In this document: piece by piece, positions 19,716-31,369 of the stretch
Layout of the letters: each line of letters begins with the position of its first letter
Position numbering within the stretch: the first letter of the stretch is position 1
Source of the DNA: Pseudomonas aeruginosa PAO1
GTDB lineage: Bacteria > Pseudomonadota > Gammaproteobacteria > Pseudomonadales > Pseudomonadaceae
DNA length: 64,000 nucleotides
NCBI RefSeq assembly: GCF_000006765.1
Contig: NC_002516.2
Strand: one strand, 5' to 3'
Program-made: the position numbers and the translations under genes
The notes under the pieces: model-generated
The model's database searches: none
Seen by the model: only the letters and a program-made list of their open reading frames with translations
Told to the model about the DNA's origin: nothing

Positions 19716-20648
19716 TCAGCGTACGGCCTGGGCCACCGGCTGGCCGAGGCCGCGCTCGCGGTCGCGTTGCAGGCGATAGGCCTTGGCCGCGGCCGGGATC
19801 GCAGTGACCTGGCCGGTTTCCAGCCAGCGTCGCAGGCGCGTGGCGTCGGCGAAGTGGGTGTACTTGCCGAAGGCGTCCAGCACCACCAGATTGACCGGGC
19901 TGCGGTTGATCGTGGTGCGCATCACCAGGCAGTGGCCTGCCTCGTTGGTGAAGCCGGTCTTGGTCAACTGGATGTTCCAGGTCTTGTTGTTGATCAGGTG
20001 GTTGGTGTTGCGGAAGCCCAGGGTGTAGTTGGGGTGGCGGAAGGCCACGGTCTTCTCCGGAGTGGTGCTCCACTGACTGAGCAGCGGATATTGCCGGCTG
20101 GCCACCAGCAGGCGGGTGAGGTCGCGAGCGGTGGAGACGTTGTGCAGCGACAGCCCGGTCGGCTCGACGTAGCGGGTGTTCTTCATTCCCAGGGCGTGGG
20201 CCTTGGCGTTCATCGCCTTGACGAAGGCGTTCTTGCCGCCCGGATAGTTCTGCGCGAGGCTGGCGGCGGCGCGGTTCTCCGAGGACATCAGGGCGAGCAG
20301 GAGCATGTCCCGGCGGCTGATCTGGCTGCCGACCCGCACCCGGGAAAACACCCCGCGCATTTCGCTGGTCTCGCTGATGGCGATCGGCAGTACCTCGTCC
20401 AGCGGCAGTTTCGAGTCGAGCACGACCATGGCGGTCATCAGCTTGGTGATTGAGGCGATCGGCACCACCAGGTCGGGGTTGCGCGAGTAGAGTACCTTGC
20501 CGGTGTTCTGGTCGGTAACCAGCGCGCTGCCCGACGCCAGCTCCTGTTGCAGCGGCAGCCCGGCCTTGGGCGGCGGGGAGGCGGATACCGCGGTGGCAAC
20601 GCTGAGGGACAGGAACAGGGTGACCAGTGACAGGAGACGGTTTCTCAC
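19716..20648 (-). CDS. pbpG: D-alanyl-D-alanine endopeptidase PBP7
   Basis: Signal peptide; SITK (SxxK), SEN (SxN) and KTG motifs. Confidence 0.93.
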   Translation of the reverse strand: MRNRLLSLVTLFLSLSVATAVSASPPPKAGLPLQQELASGSALVTDQNTGKVLYSRNPDLVVPIASITKLMTAMVVLDSKLPLDEVLPIAISETSEMRGVFSRVRVGSQISRRDMLLLALMSSENRAAASLAQNYPGGKNAFVKAMNAKAHALGMKNTRYVEPTGLSLHNVSTARDLTRLLVASRQYPLLSQWSTTPEKTVAFRHPNYTLGFRNTNHLINNKTWNIQLTKTGFTNEAGHCLVMRTTINRSPVNLVVLDAFGKYTHFADATRLRRWLETGQVTAIPAAAKAYRLQRDRERGLGQPVAQAVR

Positions 20649-20796
20649 GTGCGTTGCTCACTAAGACGAGAAAGTGGGGGCCGTGGGGCGCAGTGTGAAC
20701 TGGTGCCCATAATTGAGCATTTTATGCTCTTTTGTAGGAAAAGCACGTAGGGCTTTGAAAGTGCTGACTTATGGTTGGCCCGGTTCAGAGAGGTTC

Positions 20797-20882
20797 GGCG
20801 GATAACGCCTGTGGCGTTATTCGCCCTACGCCCACAAGGTCGTGGTGCGGTAGGGCGAATAACCGCAACGCGGTTATCCGCC
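20797..20882. repeat. REP doublet (two inverted GTAG-type REP elements)
   Basis: 20797-20829 (minus strand GTAGGGCGAATAACGCC...GGCGTTATCCGCC) and 20850-20882 (GTAGGGCGAATAACCGC...GCGGTTATCCGCC), 20-nt spacer. Confidence 0.85.
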
Positions 20883-20916
20883 GCCTCGGCGGGAGTGCGC
20901 GGCATTCGCTGGGGCG

Positions 20917-20943
20917 AAAAAAAGCCGGCCATCACAGCCGGCT
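20917..20943 (-). terminator. Terminator of phhABC
   Basis: AGCCGGC/GCCGGCT stem; A7 run at 20917-20923 gives a U-tract on the minus strand. Confidence 0.75.
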
Positions 20944-20961
20944 CAGGGTAACCGTGAGGGT

Positions 20962-22161
20962 TCAGTCCGCGCAGACCTGGGCGATGGCTTGCGCCAGGCG
21001 GTCGAGGCGGCGCGCGTCGAGACCGGCGACGTTGGCCCGGCCGCTGGAGACCAGGTAAACGGCGTGCTCGTCGCGCAGCCGAGCGACCTGCTGCGGGCTC
21101 AGTCCGGTATAGGAAAACATCCCGCGTTGCGCGCCGACATGGGCGAAGCGCTCGGCCAGGCCGTGCGGCGCCAGGGCTTCGACCAGGCCGATGCGCAGGC
21201 TGGCGATGCGCGAGCGCATGCCTTCGACCTCTTCCTGCCAGAGTCCCTTCAACTCGCTGTCGCCGAGGATCGCCGCGACCACCTCGGCACCATGCGCCGG
21301 CGGGGTCGACCAGAGGTTGCGGGCGAGGAAGGCCAGTTGGCTACGCAGGTCGGTGAGCTTCTCGGCGTTCTGCGCGCAGACGATCAGCGCACCGACGCGG
21401 TCGCGGTACAGGCCGAAGTTCTTCGAGCAGGAACTGGTGACCAGCACCTCCGGCAGTTCGCCGGCGAACAGGCGTACCGCCCAGGCGTCTTCCTCGAGAC
21501 CGTCGCCGAAGCCCTGGTAGGCGAAGTCGATCAGCGGCAGCAGCTCGCGGCGACGCACCACGTCGAGCACCCTGCGCCAGTCGTCGTGGCTCAGGTCGAA
21601 ACCGGTCGGGTTGTGGCAGCAGGCATGCAGCAGCACCACGTCTCCCTGGGGAATGCGCTCCAGGCCAGCAAGCATCGCCTCGACATCCAGGCGGTTGTCG
21701 GCGCTGACGTAGGGGTAGTGGGAAACCTTCAGGCCGGCGGCGGCGAACAGGGTCTCGTGGATCGGCCAGGTCGGGTCGCTCAGCCAGATGCCGCGGCCGG
21801 GCAGGCAATGGGCGATGAAGTCGCCGGCCAGGCGCAAGGCGCCGGTGCCGCCGGGCGTCTGGGTGGCGTCGGCGCGTTGCTCCAGCAACAGCGGCGAGGC
21901 GGCGCCGAGCGCCAGTTCCGCCAGGCGCGCGGCGAACAGCGCATCGCCGTGGCCGCCGACGTAGCTCTTGGTGGTTTCCTGCTCGACCAGGCGCTGCTCG
22001 GCGAGTTTCACCGAGCGCAGGATCGGGGTCAGGCCCTGGGCATCCTTGTAGACACCGACGCCGAGGTCCAGCTTGTCCGCGCGCGGATCGTTGCGGTAGG
22101 CGTCGAGCAGGCCCAGGATCGGGTCGCCCGGTACGCGGGCGACCTTGGCGAAATGACTCAT
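20962..22161 (-). CDS. phhC: Aromatic amino-acid aminotransferase
   Basis: [25 protein letters not shown] and SCSKNFGLY (PLP Lys). Confidence 0.96.
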
Positions 22162-22514
22162 TTGCGCCCCTCGGCGGTTTTCGCTACCTCATCGGTGCGC
22201 GCCGCCATGATGAAATCGTTGCGGTGCAGGCCCTTGATCGAGTGGCTCCACCAGGTCACGGTGACTTTGCCCCACTCGGTCAGCAGGCCCGGATGGTGGC
22301 CTTCGGCCTCGGATATCTCGCCGACGGCATTGGTGAAGGCCAGGGCATGCTTGAAGTTCTTGAACAGGTAGACCTTCTCTAGCTGCATGATGCCGTCGCG
22401 GACTTCGATGTTCCAATCCGGGATTTGCCGCAGCAGCACGGGCAGTTCTTCGTCGCTGACGTGCGGGGCGTCTGCGCGGCAGGCTTCGCAATGGGCTTGG
22501 GTGAGTGCGGTCAT
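22158..22514 (-). CDS. phhB: Pterin-4-alpha-carbinolamine dehydratase
   Basis: [16 protein letters not shown] and NDFIMAA motifs; 118 aa from ATG 22514. Confidence 0.96.
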
Positions 22515-22618
22515 GGTGGGAGTCCTTGGTTGTCGCATGTGGGAGCGGCGGACGGGCCGTGCCCGTCCACCATAGTACAAGGCCGCCGCGGGGTCAGCCG
22601 CGGCGGCGGCGTTTCTCG

Positions 22619-23407
22619 TCAGGCCGCCTGCTTGGGCGGGAACAGCGGCGCGTGCAGGCCCAGGCGCATGGCCTCGTGGACCAGCGCCATGATGTCTTCC
22701 TGGGCCAGTTGGAACAGGCGCTTGAGGTCGGGCAGGACGAAATAGAGCGGTTGCAGGATGTCGATGCGGTAGGGCGTGCGCATCGCCTCCAGCGGATTGA
22801 AGGCCTGGTGCAGCGGCTCGTCGGAGAGGCTGTAGACGGTCTCCTTCGGCGAGGAGAGGATGCCGCCGCCGTAGATGCGCTTGCCCTGGTCGGTCTCGAC
22901 CAGGCCGAACTCGATGGTCATCCAGTACAGGCGGGCGAGGAACACGCGTTCCTCCTTGCTCGCCTTGAGGCCGAGCTTGCCGTAGGTATGGGTGAACTCG
23001 GCGAACCAGGGGTTGGTCAGCAGTGGGCAGTGGCCGAAGATCTCGTGGAAGATGTCCGGCTCCTGCAGGTAGTCCAGTTCTTCCGGGGTGCGGATGAAGG
23101 TGGCGACGGGGAATTGCTGGCTGGCCAGCAGTTCGAAGAAGGTCTGGAACGGAATCAGCGCCGGAACCCGCGCCACGCGCCAGCCGGTGGTGGCCTGGAG
23201 AACCCTGTTGATCTCGTCGAGCTGGGGGATCCGCTCGTGGGGCAGGCCGAGCTGTTCGATGCCGTCGAGGTATTCCTGACAGGCGCGGCCTTCGATCACC
23301 TTCAGTTGCCGGGTGATCAGGGTATTCCAGACCTGGTGCTCGGTTTCCGGATAGTGGATGAAACCGTTGTCGTCGGGCTGGCGGGCCACGTACTGCGTCG
23401 TTTTCAT
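22619..23407 (-). CDS. phhA: Phenylalanine-4-hydroxylase
   Basis: [15 protein letters not shown] iron ligands, [17 protein letters not shown]; 262 aa from ATG 23407. Confidence 0.97.
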
Positions 23408-23532
23408 ACGGACTCCATGAGCGGCTTGTGGCCGCGGGGTCTTTGTTGTTGTCGTTGCCTTATCGATACCGCGTCGGGACGGTCCGTGCAGCCCCGGATA
23501 GGGACCGGGCAACGGGGAGGAATCGGCGTTTT

Positions 23533-23550
23533 CGTAAAGTTTTCCTTACG
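23533..23550. promoter_or_regulatory. PhhR box in the phhA-phhR intergenic region
   Basis: CGTAAA-GTTTTC-CTTACG; a weaker box TGTCAC-ATATTC-TTGACG lies at 23606-23623. Confidence 0.7.
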
Positions 23551-23690
23551 AATTGGCCTGGGTCGCCTGTTCATTGGGTCAGGCATTGTTGCTGGTGAGT
23601 CTAACTGTCACATATTCTTGACGGAAATTTCCGGCCGGGAGTTAAAAAACCGGCCGCGAGCCCATCAGAACGACAACACCGGGCCACGCC

Positions 23691-25250
<1,560 letters not shown>

Positions 25251-25455
25251 GCGGCATGCTTGCCGGTTTGTTGCAGGCTGGGAAAGAAACGGTGGAGGCG
25301 TCGGCCCTTGTGAAAGGGCGGCAGCACGATGAGGCGTGGGGAAGACGGCCAGGATGTTCGCCGAGGGGCGGGATTGTCGCCGCCGAGTACACAATGATCG
25401 CGCCGGATGGGCGAGCTGCCCCTCGTGGCGCGATCCTTCGGAGGTCGAGCAGAGT

Positions 25456-25722
25456 TTAGCCGCCAGTGCAGCCGTTGCCCCAGACCTGATATTCGACGGT
25501 ATGTTTCTGGCCGTTCGAATCTTCGTAGGTCATGCGTGCGGGAACGATGCCGCAGGCATTGGAAGTGTCGGTTGAAGATATAACGCGAGCCACATCCAGT
25601 TGCATGCCATAGGCATATTCTTCAACAGCGTTTTCCTGCTGGCTGGCAGGTTGATCCTGGGCGCCAGCCGCCATCACCAGCGGCGAGCAGGCGAACAGGG
25701 CCATCAGGGCGAAAGCCTTCAT
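25456..25722 (-). CDS. Small exported protein, probably DUF2790 family
   Basis: Signal peptide; YAYGMQLDVARVI, CGIVPARMTYEDSNG and GNGC motifs. Confidence 0.75.
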   Translation of the reverse strand: MKAFALMALFACSPLVMAAGAQDQPASQQENAVEEYAYGMQLDVARVISSTDTSNACGIVPARMTYEDSNGQKHTVEYQVWGNGCTGG

Positions 25723-25990
25723 TACTATTTACCTGAGTAGTTTCTGAGTGGGTACGATCTGCCGTCGGAAGACAGGCGGACAGGTCACCGGGGCAACTCG
25801 ATAAACAAGGCTGGGTAAGTAAGTCTGCAATCAAGTTGCGGAGTCGAAGTTCAACGGGAGTTAACTTCGGCTGTTGGGTTTATTGTAAGTTGGGATAGGC
25901 TGCGACATATAGACTCAGTCAAGACAAGAACCTTGTACGGATCGGTAACAATATCCCTGTGGCCTTCTGCGCCGCGGCTTTGCGACCGGC

Positions 25991-28186
25991 TCACGGGTTT
26001 CTTTCCTGGCCCAGGGGCGATTGCGGGTCGAGCAGGGCGCTGCGAATGAAGTGCAGGTAGCTGAGCACCCGTCGCAGCGGCGAGGTATCGAACTGCGGTG
26101 CGCGCGGCTCCGGCGCCGCCCGTACCGCCATGATCGCCTGGTTCACCGCGTGCAGGGCGCGCTGGCGGTTGCTCGGCCCGGGTTGCAGGAACAGCCGGAT
26201 CAGCGCCCGGCCCATCAGGCGGATCGCCCGGCGCCAGGCGGTGCGTTCGGCGTAGCAGGGCTCCTGGGGCAGGCGTTGCTGTTCGAGGCGCAGCTCGATG
26301 ATCGCCTGGCCGACCTCCAGCACCAGGAACATCCAGCCCAGCAACCGGCGTTGCACGTCCGGGCGGCCGGCGGAGAAGGTGTAGGCCTGGTTCAGCAGGT
26401 CGCGGGTGCCGCTTTCGAAACCGGAGACCAGGCCCTTGCTCTTGCCGCTGATGGCGAACACCACCCGTTCGCGCAGGTCGTGCTCCAGGCGCTTCCACAT
26501 CCACGGCCGGTTCGGCGGCAGGATCACCATGGCGGCGACCGTGGCGAGGACCATCGACAAGAGTAGTGCCAGGTATTCGTTGAAGAAGGCCAGGGCGTCG
26601 TAGCGCGCCATGTTGGCCGGCAGCGAAGCGAAGCAGAACCACACCAGTAGGCCGACGCCGTAGCCGTTCCACTGCGGCCGCCAGAGCAGCAGGGCGCCGA
26701 CCGCGAAGACCGGCAGCAGGCAGCAGAGCAGCATCGGGAAACCGTCCACGTGGGGTAGCAGGTAGAGCAGCACGAACAGCCCGGTGCAGGCCCCGGCGAG
26801 GGTCCCGAGGGTGAGTTGCAGCGACAACCGGCCGGGATTCGGCGAGGTCGAGGAGAGCGCCGAGATCAGTACCGCGGTGAGGGCGAAGGTGCCGCCGTGG
26901 GGCCAGGAGGTCTGGATCCAGAACGTGCCGAGCAGGCCGATCATCAGCGCGCTACGCGCTCCGGCGACCAGCGCGGCGACCGGGTTGGCGCGGGCGACGA
27001 AGCTTTCCTTCCATTGCTCGCGGGCATGGTGGTGTTCGGCCAGAGAAGCGTGGGTCAGGGCGTAGTTGTGCAGGTCGTCGGTGAAACGGAAGGCCAGTTC
27101 GGCGGCGGTGTTGAAATCCAGCAGGTCGTTCTCGCCGGGGCGCTGCTCCACCAGGCGCTGGCGGGCCTGGCGGATGTTCTGCATCAGTTCCGGCTTGTAG
27201 GCCTCGATGCGTTCGGCCAGGCGCGCGGCGTCGGCGTCGGTGGGCGTCCGTTCGCGAATCGGCGCGAGCAGCCCGGCAAGCTCCGCCAGGCAGGGCGCCA
27301 GGACCTCCAGGACATTCTGCGCCCCGCGCCCGCGCAGGCGTTCGAGCAGGCGGTGGAGGCCGTGGAAGCGACTGGTCATGACCATGAATTCGTTGTTCAG
27401 GCGAATCAGCCGGCCGCTGCGCAGGCGCATGTGCGGATCTTCGAAAGTAGTGGCGCTGCGCAGGTTTTCCAGGCCCACGGACTGGGCGACGAAGCGCGCG
27501 CTGAGCTCGCCGAAGCGCTCGCCGTCGAGGCTGCCCTGCAGGCCTTCGGCGGCGAACCCGGCGAAGTCGCGGAAGCGCCCGTAGAGTGTGTTGCGCAGGG
27601 CGGCGCCGCTGGTCTGCGGCAGGAAGATGGCGCTGACGGTACCGGTGCAGAGGATGCCCAGGGATATTTCCAGGACCCGCCACAGCGCCGCCATGAAAGC
27701 GCCTTCCGGGTGCGCGGTGGCTGGAATCCCGATCATGGTCGCGGTGTAGCCGGCGAGTACGCAGGCGTAGCCGCGGAAATCGCGGTAGCGCGCGGCGCCG
27801 GCGGTGCACAGGCCGACCCAGAGCGCCAGGCAGGCGAGGAACAGCACGCGCTCCTGGGCGAACAGGGCGATCAGAGTGACCATCACGCTGAGGCCGATCA
27901 GGGTTCCGACGATGCGGTAGAAGCTCTTGGCCAGGACCTGCCCGCTCTGCGTCTGCATGACGATGAAGACCGTCACCAGCACCGTGCTCGGCTGCGGCAG
28001 TTCCAGGTGATAGGCTAGCCACAGGGCGAGGCTGGCGGTGAGCAGGGCCTTGAACACGAAGACCCAGGCGACGCCGTCGCTACGCGCCCATTCGAGCAGG
28101 GCGCGGCGCAATTCGTCGGGGCTGGGAAAGAACGCGAGGGGAGCCGGTGGAACCAGGGGGAGACCTTTCCGGGTGGCGCGGGGCAC
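25991..28186 (-). CDS. FUSC/AaeB-family inner-membrane efflux subunit
   Basis: Duplicated TM clusters; GQVLAKSFYRIVGT and YACVLAGYTATMIG FUSC motifs; 731 aa. Confidence 0.85.
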   Translation of the reverse strand: MPRATRKGLPLVPPAPLAFFPSPDELRRALLEWARSDGVAWVFVFKALLTASLALWLAYHLELPQPSTVLVTVFIVMQTQSGQVLAKSFYRIVGTLIGLSVMVTLIALFAQERVLFLACLALWVGLCTAGAARYRDFRGYACVLAGYTATMIGIPATAHPEGAFMAALWRVLEISLGILCTGTVSAIFLPQTSGAALRNTLYGRFRDFAGFAAEGLQGSLDGERFGELSARFVAQSVGLENLRSATTFEDPHMRLRSGRLIRLNNEFMVMTSRFHGLHRLLERLRGRGAQNVLEVLAPCLAELAGLLAPIRERTPTDADAARLAERIEAYKPELMQNIRQARQRLVEQRPGENDLLDFNTAAELAFRFTDDLHNYALTHASLAEHHHAREQWKESFVARANPVAALVAGARSALMIGLLGTFWIQTSWPHGGTFALTAVLISALSSTSPNPGRLSLQLTLGTLAGACTGLFVLLYLLPHVDGFPMLLCCLLPVFAVGALLLWRPQWNGYGVGLLVWFCFASLPANMARYDALAFFNEYLALLLSMVLATVAAMVILPPNRPWMWKRLEHDLRERVVFAISGKSKGLVSGFESGTRDLLNQAYTFSAGRPDVQRRLLGWMFLVLEVGQAIIELRLEQQRLPQEPCYAERTAWRRAIRLMGRALIRLFLQPGPSNRQRALHAVNQAIMAVRAAPEPRAPQFDTSPLRRVLSYLHFIRSALLDPQSPLGQERNP

Positions 28187-28283
28187 TGCTGCGAATCCTG
28201 AACGACGGCGAGGGGAGGCCGAAACGGCTGGGAATTCTAGGAGCGCCCGCGCTTGCGGATAAGAGCTCGGATAGGTGAAAAAT

Positions 28284-28296
28284 TTTTGTCACAAAA
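28284..28296. promoter_or_regulatory. Candidate LysR T-N11-A site between the FUSC gene and its divergent LysR
   Basis: Perfect palindrome TTTTGT-C-ACAAAA with T-N11-A geometry. Confidence 0.45.
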
Positions 28297-28405
28297 GGCA
28301 ATAATAGGTGGGTTGACTCGTGACAGAATCTGCGCCGCCTTGGGGTGTCCTCCGGGTTGCGTGGAAAAGAGACGCGCCATAAGCGTCAGAGCCTAGAGGG
28401 CCGTG

Positions 28406-29350
28406 ATGGATATCCTGTTCAATATGCGCGCGTTCGTCAGCGTCGCGGAGACCGGCAGTTTCACTGCCGCCGCCCAGCGCCTGGACCTGACGACCGCCTA
28501 TGTCTCCCGTGCGGTGGCCAAGCTGGAGGCCCACCTGCAGACCCGCCTGCTGCATCGCACCACCCGGCGCATCGCGCTGACCGAAGCCGGGCAGCGCTAC
28601 CTGATGCGCGCCCAGCAGATACTCGCCTACATCGAGGAGGCCGAGGCCGAGGCGGGCGACGCCCATGCGCGGCCGTCGGGCACGCTGAAGGTCCACGCGA
28701 TGACCGGCATCGGCCAGCACTACCTGATCAAGGCCATCTCGCAATATTGCGAGACCTACCCGGAGGTTGGCTTCGACCTGACCCTGGCCAACCGGATCAC
28801 CGACATTCTCGACGAGGGCTACGACATTTCCGTGGTGATCGCTCCCGAGCTGCCGGACTCCGGTTTCGTCTCCAAGTGCATCGGCCAGACCTACAGCATC
28901 CTCTGCGCCTCGCCGGGCTACATTGCCGCGCATGGCTTCCCCAAGCTGCCGGCGGAGCTGTCCGCGCACCGTTGCCTGCGCCTGGTGAACTCGGTGATGT
29001 CGCTGGACCGCTGGCTGTTCGACGGGCCCGACGGCCAGGAACTGGCCTGCATCAACCAGACGCATTTCCAGGTCAACACCGCCGACGCCATGACCGAGGC
29101 GGTGGTCTCCGGCATGGGTATCGGCGCGCTGCCGGTGTACGCGGCGGTCAACGGCCTGAAGGACGGCAGCCTGGTGCGGGTGTTGCCGCGCTATAGCCTG
29201 TTCCATCTCAACGTCTACGCCCTCTACCCCTCGCGGCAGTACCTGGATGCGAAGATCCGCACCTGGGTCGAGTTCCTCCGCGAGCACATGCCGGCGATGC
29301 TCGCCGCGGACGAGCACAGCCTGGCGGAGAGCGGTGGGTTGGCGAACTGA
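28406..29350 (+). CDS. LysR-family regulator (AaeR/DmlR-like)
   Basis: GSFTAAAQRL HTH, LLHRTTRRIALTEAG, YPSRQYLDAKIRTWVEFL. Confidence 0.92.
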   Translation: MDILFNMRAFVSVAETGSFTAAAQRLDLTTAYVSRAVAKLEAHLQTRLLHRTTRRIALTEAGQRYLMRAQQILAYIEEAEAEAGDAHARPSGTLKVHAMTGIGQHYLIKAISQYCETYPEVGFDLTLANRITDILDEGYDISVVIAPELPDSGFVSKCIGQTYSILCASPGYIAAHGFPKLPAELSAHRCLRLVNSVMSLDRWLFDGPDGQELACINQTHFQVNTADAMTEAVVSGMGIGALPVYAAVNGLKDGSLVRVLPRYSLFHLNVYALYPSRQYLDAKIRTWVEFLREHMPAMLAADEHSLAESGGLAN

Positions 29351-29406
29351 GCGGGAGTGGTGGGCGGCGCCCTTCGCGACGATCGCACCCCGGCTTGTCG
29401 GGAGTC

Positions 29407-29487
29407 GTAGGGCGGATAACCGCCTGGCGGTTGTCCGCCGATTCTCCGGAGCCCCGCGGATAACGCCAGGGGCGTTATCCGCCCTAC
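29407..29487. repeat. REP doublet between convergent LysR genes
   Basis: 29407-29439 GTAGGGCGGATAACCGCC...GGCGGTTGTCCGCC and 29456-29487 GCGGATAACGCC...GGCGTTATCCGCCCTAC; same family as 20797-20882. Confidence 0.85.
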
Positions 29488-30380
29488 AGGCTGTCTCCCA
29501 CCCTCTGCAACTCCTCGATCAACGCCCGCAGGCAACTCGGCAGTGCTTCCAGGTCGCGTACCAGCAGGCTGCGCTCGCGGATCGCCCAGGGCTCGTCGAG
29601 TTCGATGGTCGCCAGCTTCATCGTCCGGCTGTGGCGGCGCGCGGCGGACTGCGGGATCACGCCGATGCCGACGCCGCCCTCGATCATCCGGCAGATCGCC
29701 TCGAAGCTGGAGACCTGGATGCGCAGCGATAGCTGCTCGCCCATCTGCTCCACCCGTTCGTACAGAAAGGCGTGCAGGGTGGTGCCCTCGGGCAGGCCGA
29801 TATGCTGGAACTGCAGGGTGTCGCGCAGGCGTACCCTGGCCTGTCCGGCCAGCGGATGGCCCTGGGGCACCGCCATCACCAGGCGGTCGGTGCTGAAATG
29901 CAGGACCTGCAGGCCACTGGCCGCCACCGGCCCGGCGATGATGCCGAGGTCGGTGGAGCCGTCCAGCACGCCGCGGACAATGTCGCGGCTGAGGCGTTCC
30001 TGCAGGTCGACGGTGACCCCGGGACGAGCGGCGAGGAAGCCGGCGAGGATTTCCGGAAGGAATTCGGTGACCGCGGTGGTATTGGCGAAGATGCGGATAT
30101 GCCCGGCGGCGTCGCTGCCGTACTCGGTGAACTCGCTCTTCAGGTATTCCACCTGGCGCATGATCAGCCGCGCGTGCTGTAGCAGGCGCTGGCCCGCCGG
30201 GGTCAGTTCGACGCCGCGGCTGTCGCGATACAGCAGGCGGCTGCCAAGCTGGCCTTCGAGCGCCTTGACCCGCGCGCTGGCGGCGGCCGGGGAAAGGAAG
30301 GCGCGGCGCGCGCCCTGGGTCAGGCTGGGCGACTCGGCGATATGGATGAACAGGCGCAGGTCGGCGAGATCGAAATGCAT
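29484..30380 (-). CDS. itcR: LysR-family regulator of the itaconate cluster (ItcR-like)
   Basis: MHFDLADLRLF...SLTQGARRAFLSPAAAS LysR N-terminus; divergent from ich. Confidence 0.75.
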   Translation of the reverse strand: MHFDLADLRLFIHIAESPSLTQGARRAFLSPAAASARVKALEGQLGSRLLYRDSRGVELTPAGQRLLQHARLIMRQVEYLKSEFTEYGSDAAGHIRIFANTTAVTEFLPEILAGFLAARPGVTVDLQERLSRDIVRGVLDGSTDLGIIAGPVAASGLQVLHFSTDRLVMAVPQGHPLAGQARVRLRDTLQFQHIGLPEGTTLHAFLYERVEQMGEQLSLRIQVSSFEAICRMIEGGVGIGVIPQSAARRHSRTMKLATIELDEPWAIRERSLLVRDLEALPSCLRALIEELQRVGDSL

Positions 30381-30392
30381 GGGCACTCCATG

Positions 30393-30444
30393 GCGTTCGG
30401 CAAATCCGAACGCGCCATTGCGTAATTGCAAATTCTCAAAACGC
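30393..30444. promoter_or_regulatory. LysR operator (recognition palindrome plus downstream site) at the ich promoter
   Basis: GCGTTCG-N7-CGAACGC (T-N11-A at 30397/30409), then AATTGCAAATTCTCAAAACGC after a 10-nt spacer. Confidence 0.7.
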
Positions 30445-30496
30445 TAGCATCCTATCATTCTCCTCCCATCACCCCCTAGGTCATGGGAAGCCACGC

Positions 30497-31324
30497 ATGA
30501 GTGAGTCCGCTTTCGCCCCCTGGATCGGTCGCCAGGAAGAAACCCACGATCAATTGAGCCGCAACCTGGTCAAGCGCATCGCCGCCACCTTCGGCGAGCC
30601 GACCCCGGCCCACGGCGAAGCGCTGCCGCCGCTCTGGCACTGGGCGTTCTTCCAGGACCCGGTGGAGGCCGCCGGCCTCGGCGTCGACGGCCACCCGGCG
30701 CGCGGCGGTTTCCTGCCGCCGGCGGACGATCGCAACCGCATGTGGGCCGGCGGGCGCCTGGAGTTCCACCAGCCGCTGCGGGTCGGCGGCGAGGCCAGCC
30801 GCACCTCGACCATCCTCCGGGTCGAGGAGAAGCACGGTCGCAGCGGCGCGCTGCTGTTCGTCACCCTGCGCCACGACTACCGCCAGGACGGCCAACTGGC
30901 GCTGAGCGAAGAGCACGACATCGTCTACCGCGAACCGACCCCGCCCAAGCTCGGCGGTACCGAGGCCTTGCCCGAGGGCGACTGGCGCGAGGCGCTGGAG
31001 CCCGATCCGGTGTTGCTGTTCCGCTACTCGGCGGTGACTTTCAACGGCCACCGCATTCACTACGACTGGCCCTATGTCACCGATGCCGAAGGCTATCCGG
31101 GCCTGGTGGTGCACGGTCCGCTGATCGCCACCCTGGCCCTGCGCGCGTTCTGCCGGGCCAATCCGCAGGCGCGCCTGCGTCGCTTCGCCTATCGCGGCCT
31201 GCGCCCGCTGATCTGTCCCGAGCCGTTCGAGGTCGGCGGCCGCCTGCTCGCTGCCGGCAAGGCCGAGGTATGGGTCGGCAATGGCGCCGGCCTGGCCCAG
31301 CGCGGCGACGTGGAATTCGACTGA
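30497..31324 (+). CDS. ich: Itaconyl-CoA hydratase (MaoC double hot-dog fold)
   Basis: RNRMWAGG, FRYSAVTFNGHRIHYD and VVHGPL motifs; cluster context. Confidence 0.85.
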   Translation: MSESAFAPWIGRQEETHDQLSRNLVKRIAATFGEPTPAHGEALPPLWHWAFFQDPVEAAGLGVDGHPARGGFLPPADDRNRMWAGGRLEFHQPLRVGGEASRTSTILRVEEKHGRSGALLFVTLRHDYRQDGQLALSEEHDIVYREPTPPKLGGTEALPEGDWREALEPDPVLLFRYSAVTFNGHRIHYDWPYVTDAEGYPGLVVHGPLIATLALRAFCRANPQARLRRFAYRGLRPLICPEPFEVGGRLLAAGKAEVWVGNGAGLAQRGDVEFD

Positions 31325-31369
31325 AAGGGCCCCAGCGCCCATCCAACGACAAGAATCGAGGAGTCACCG

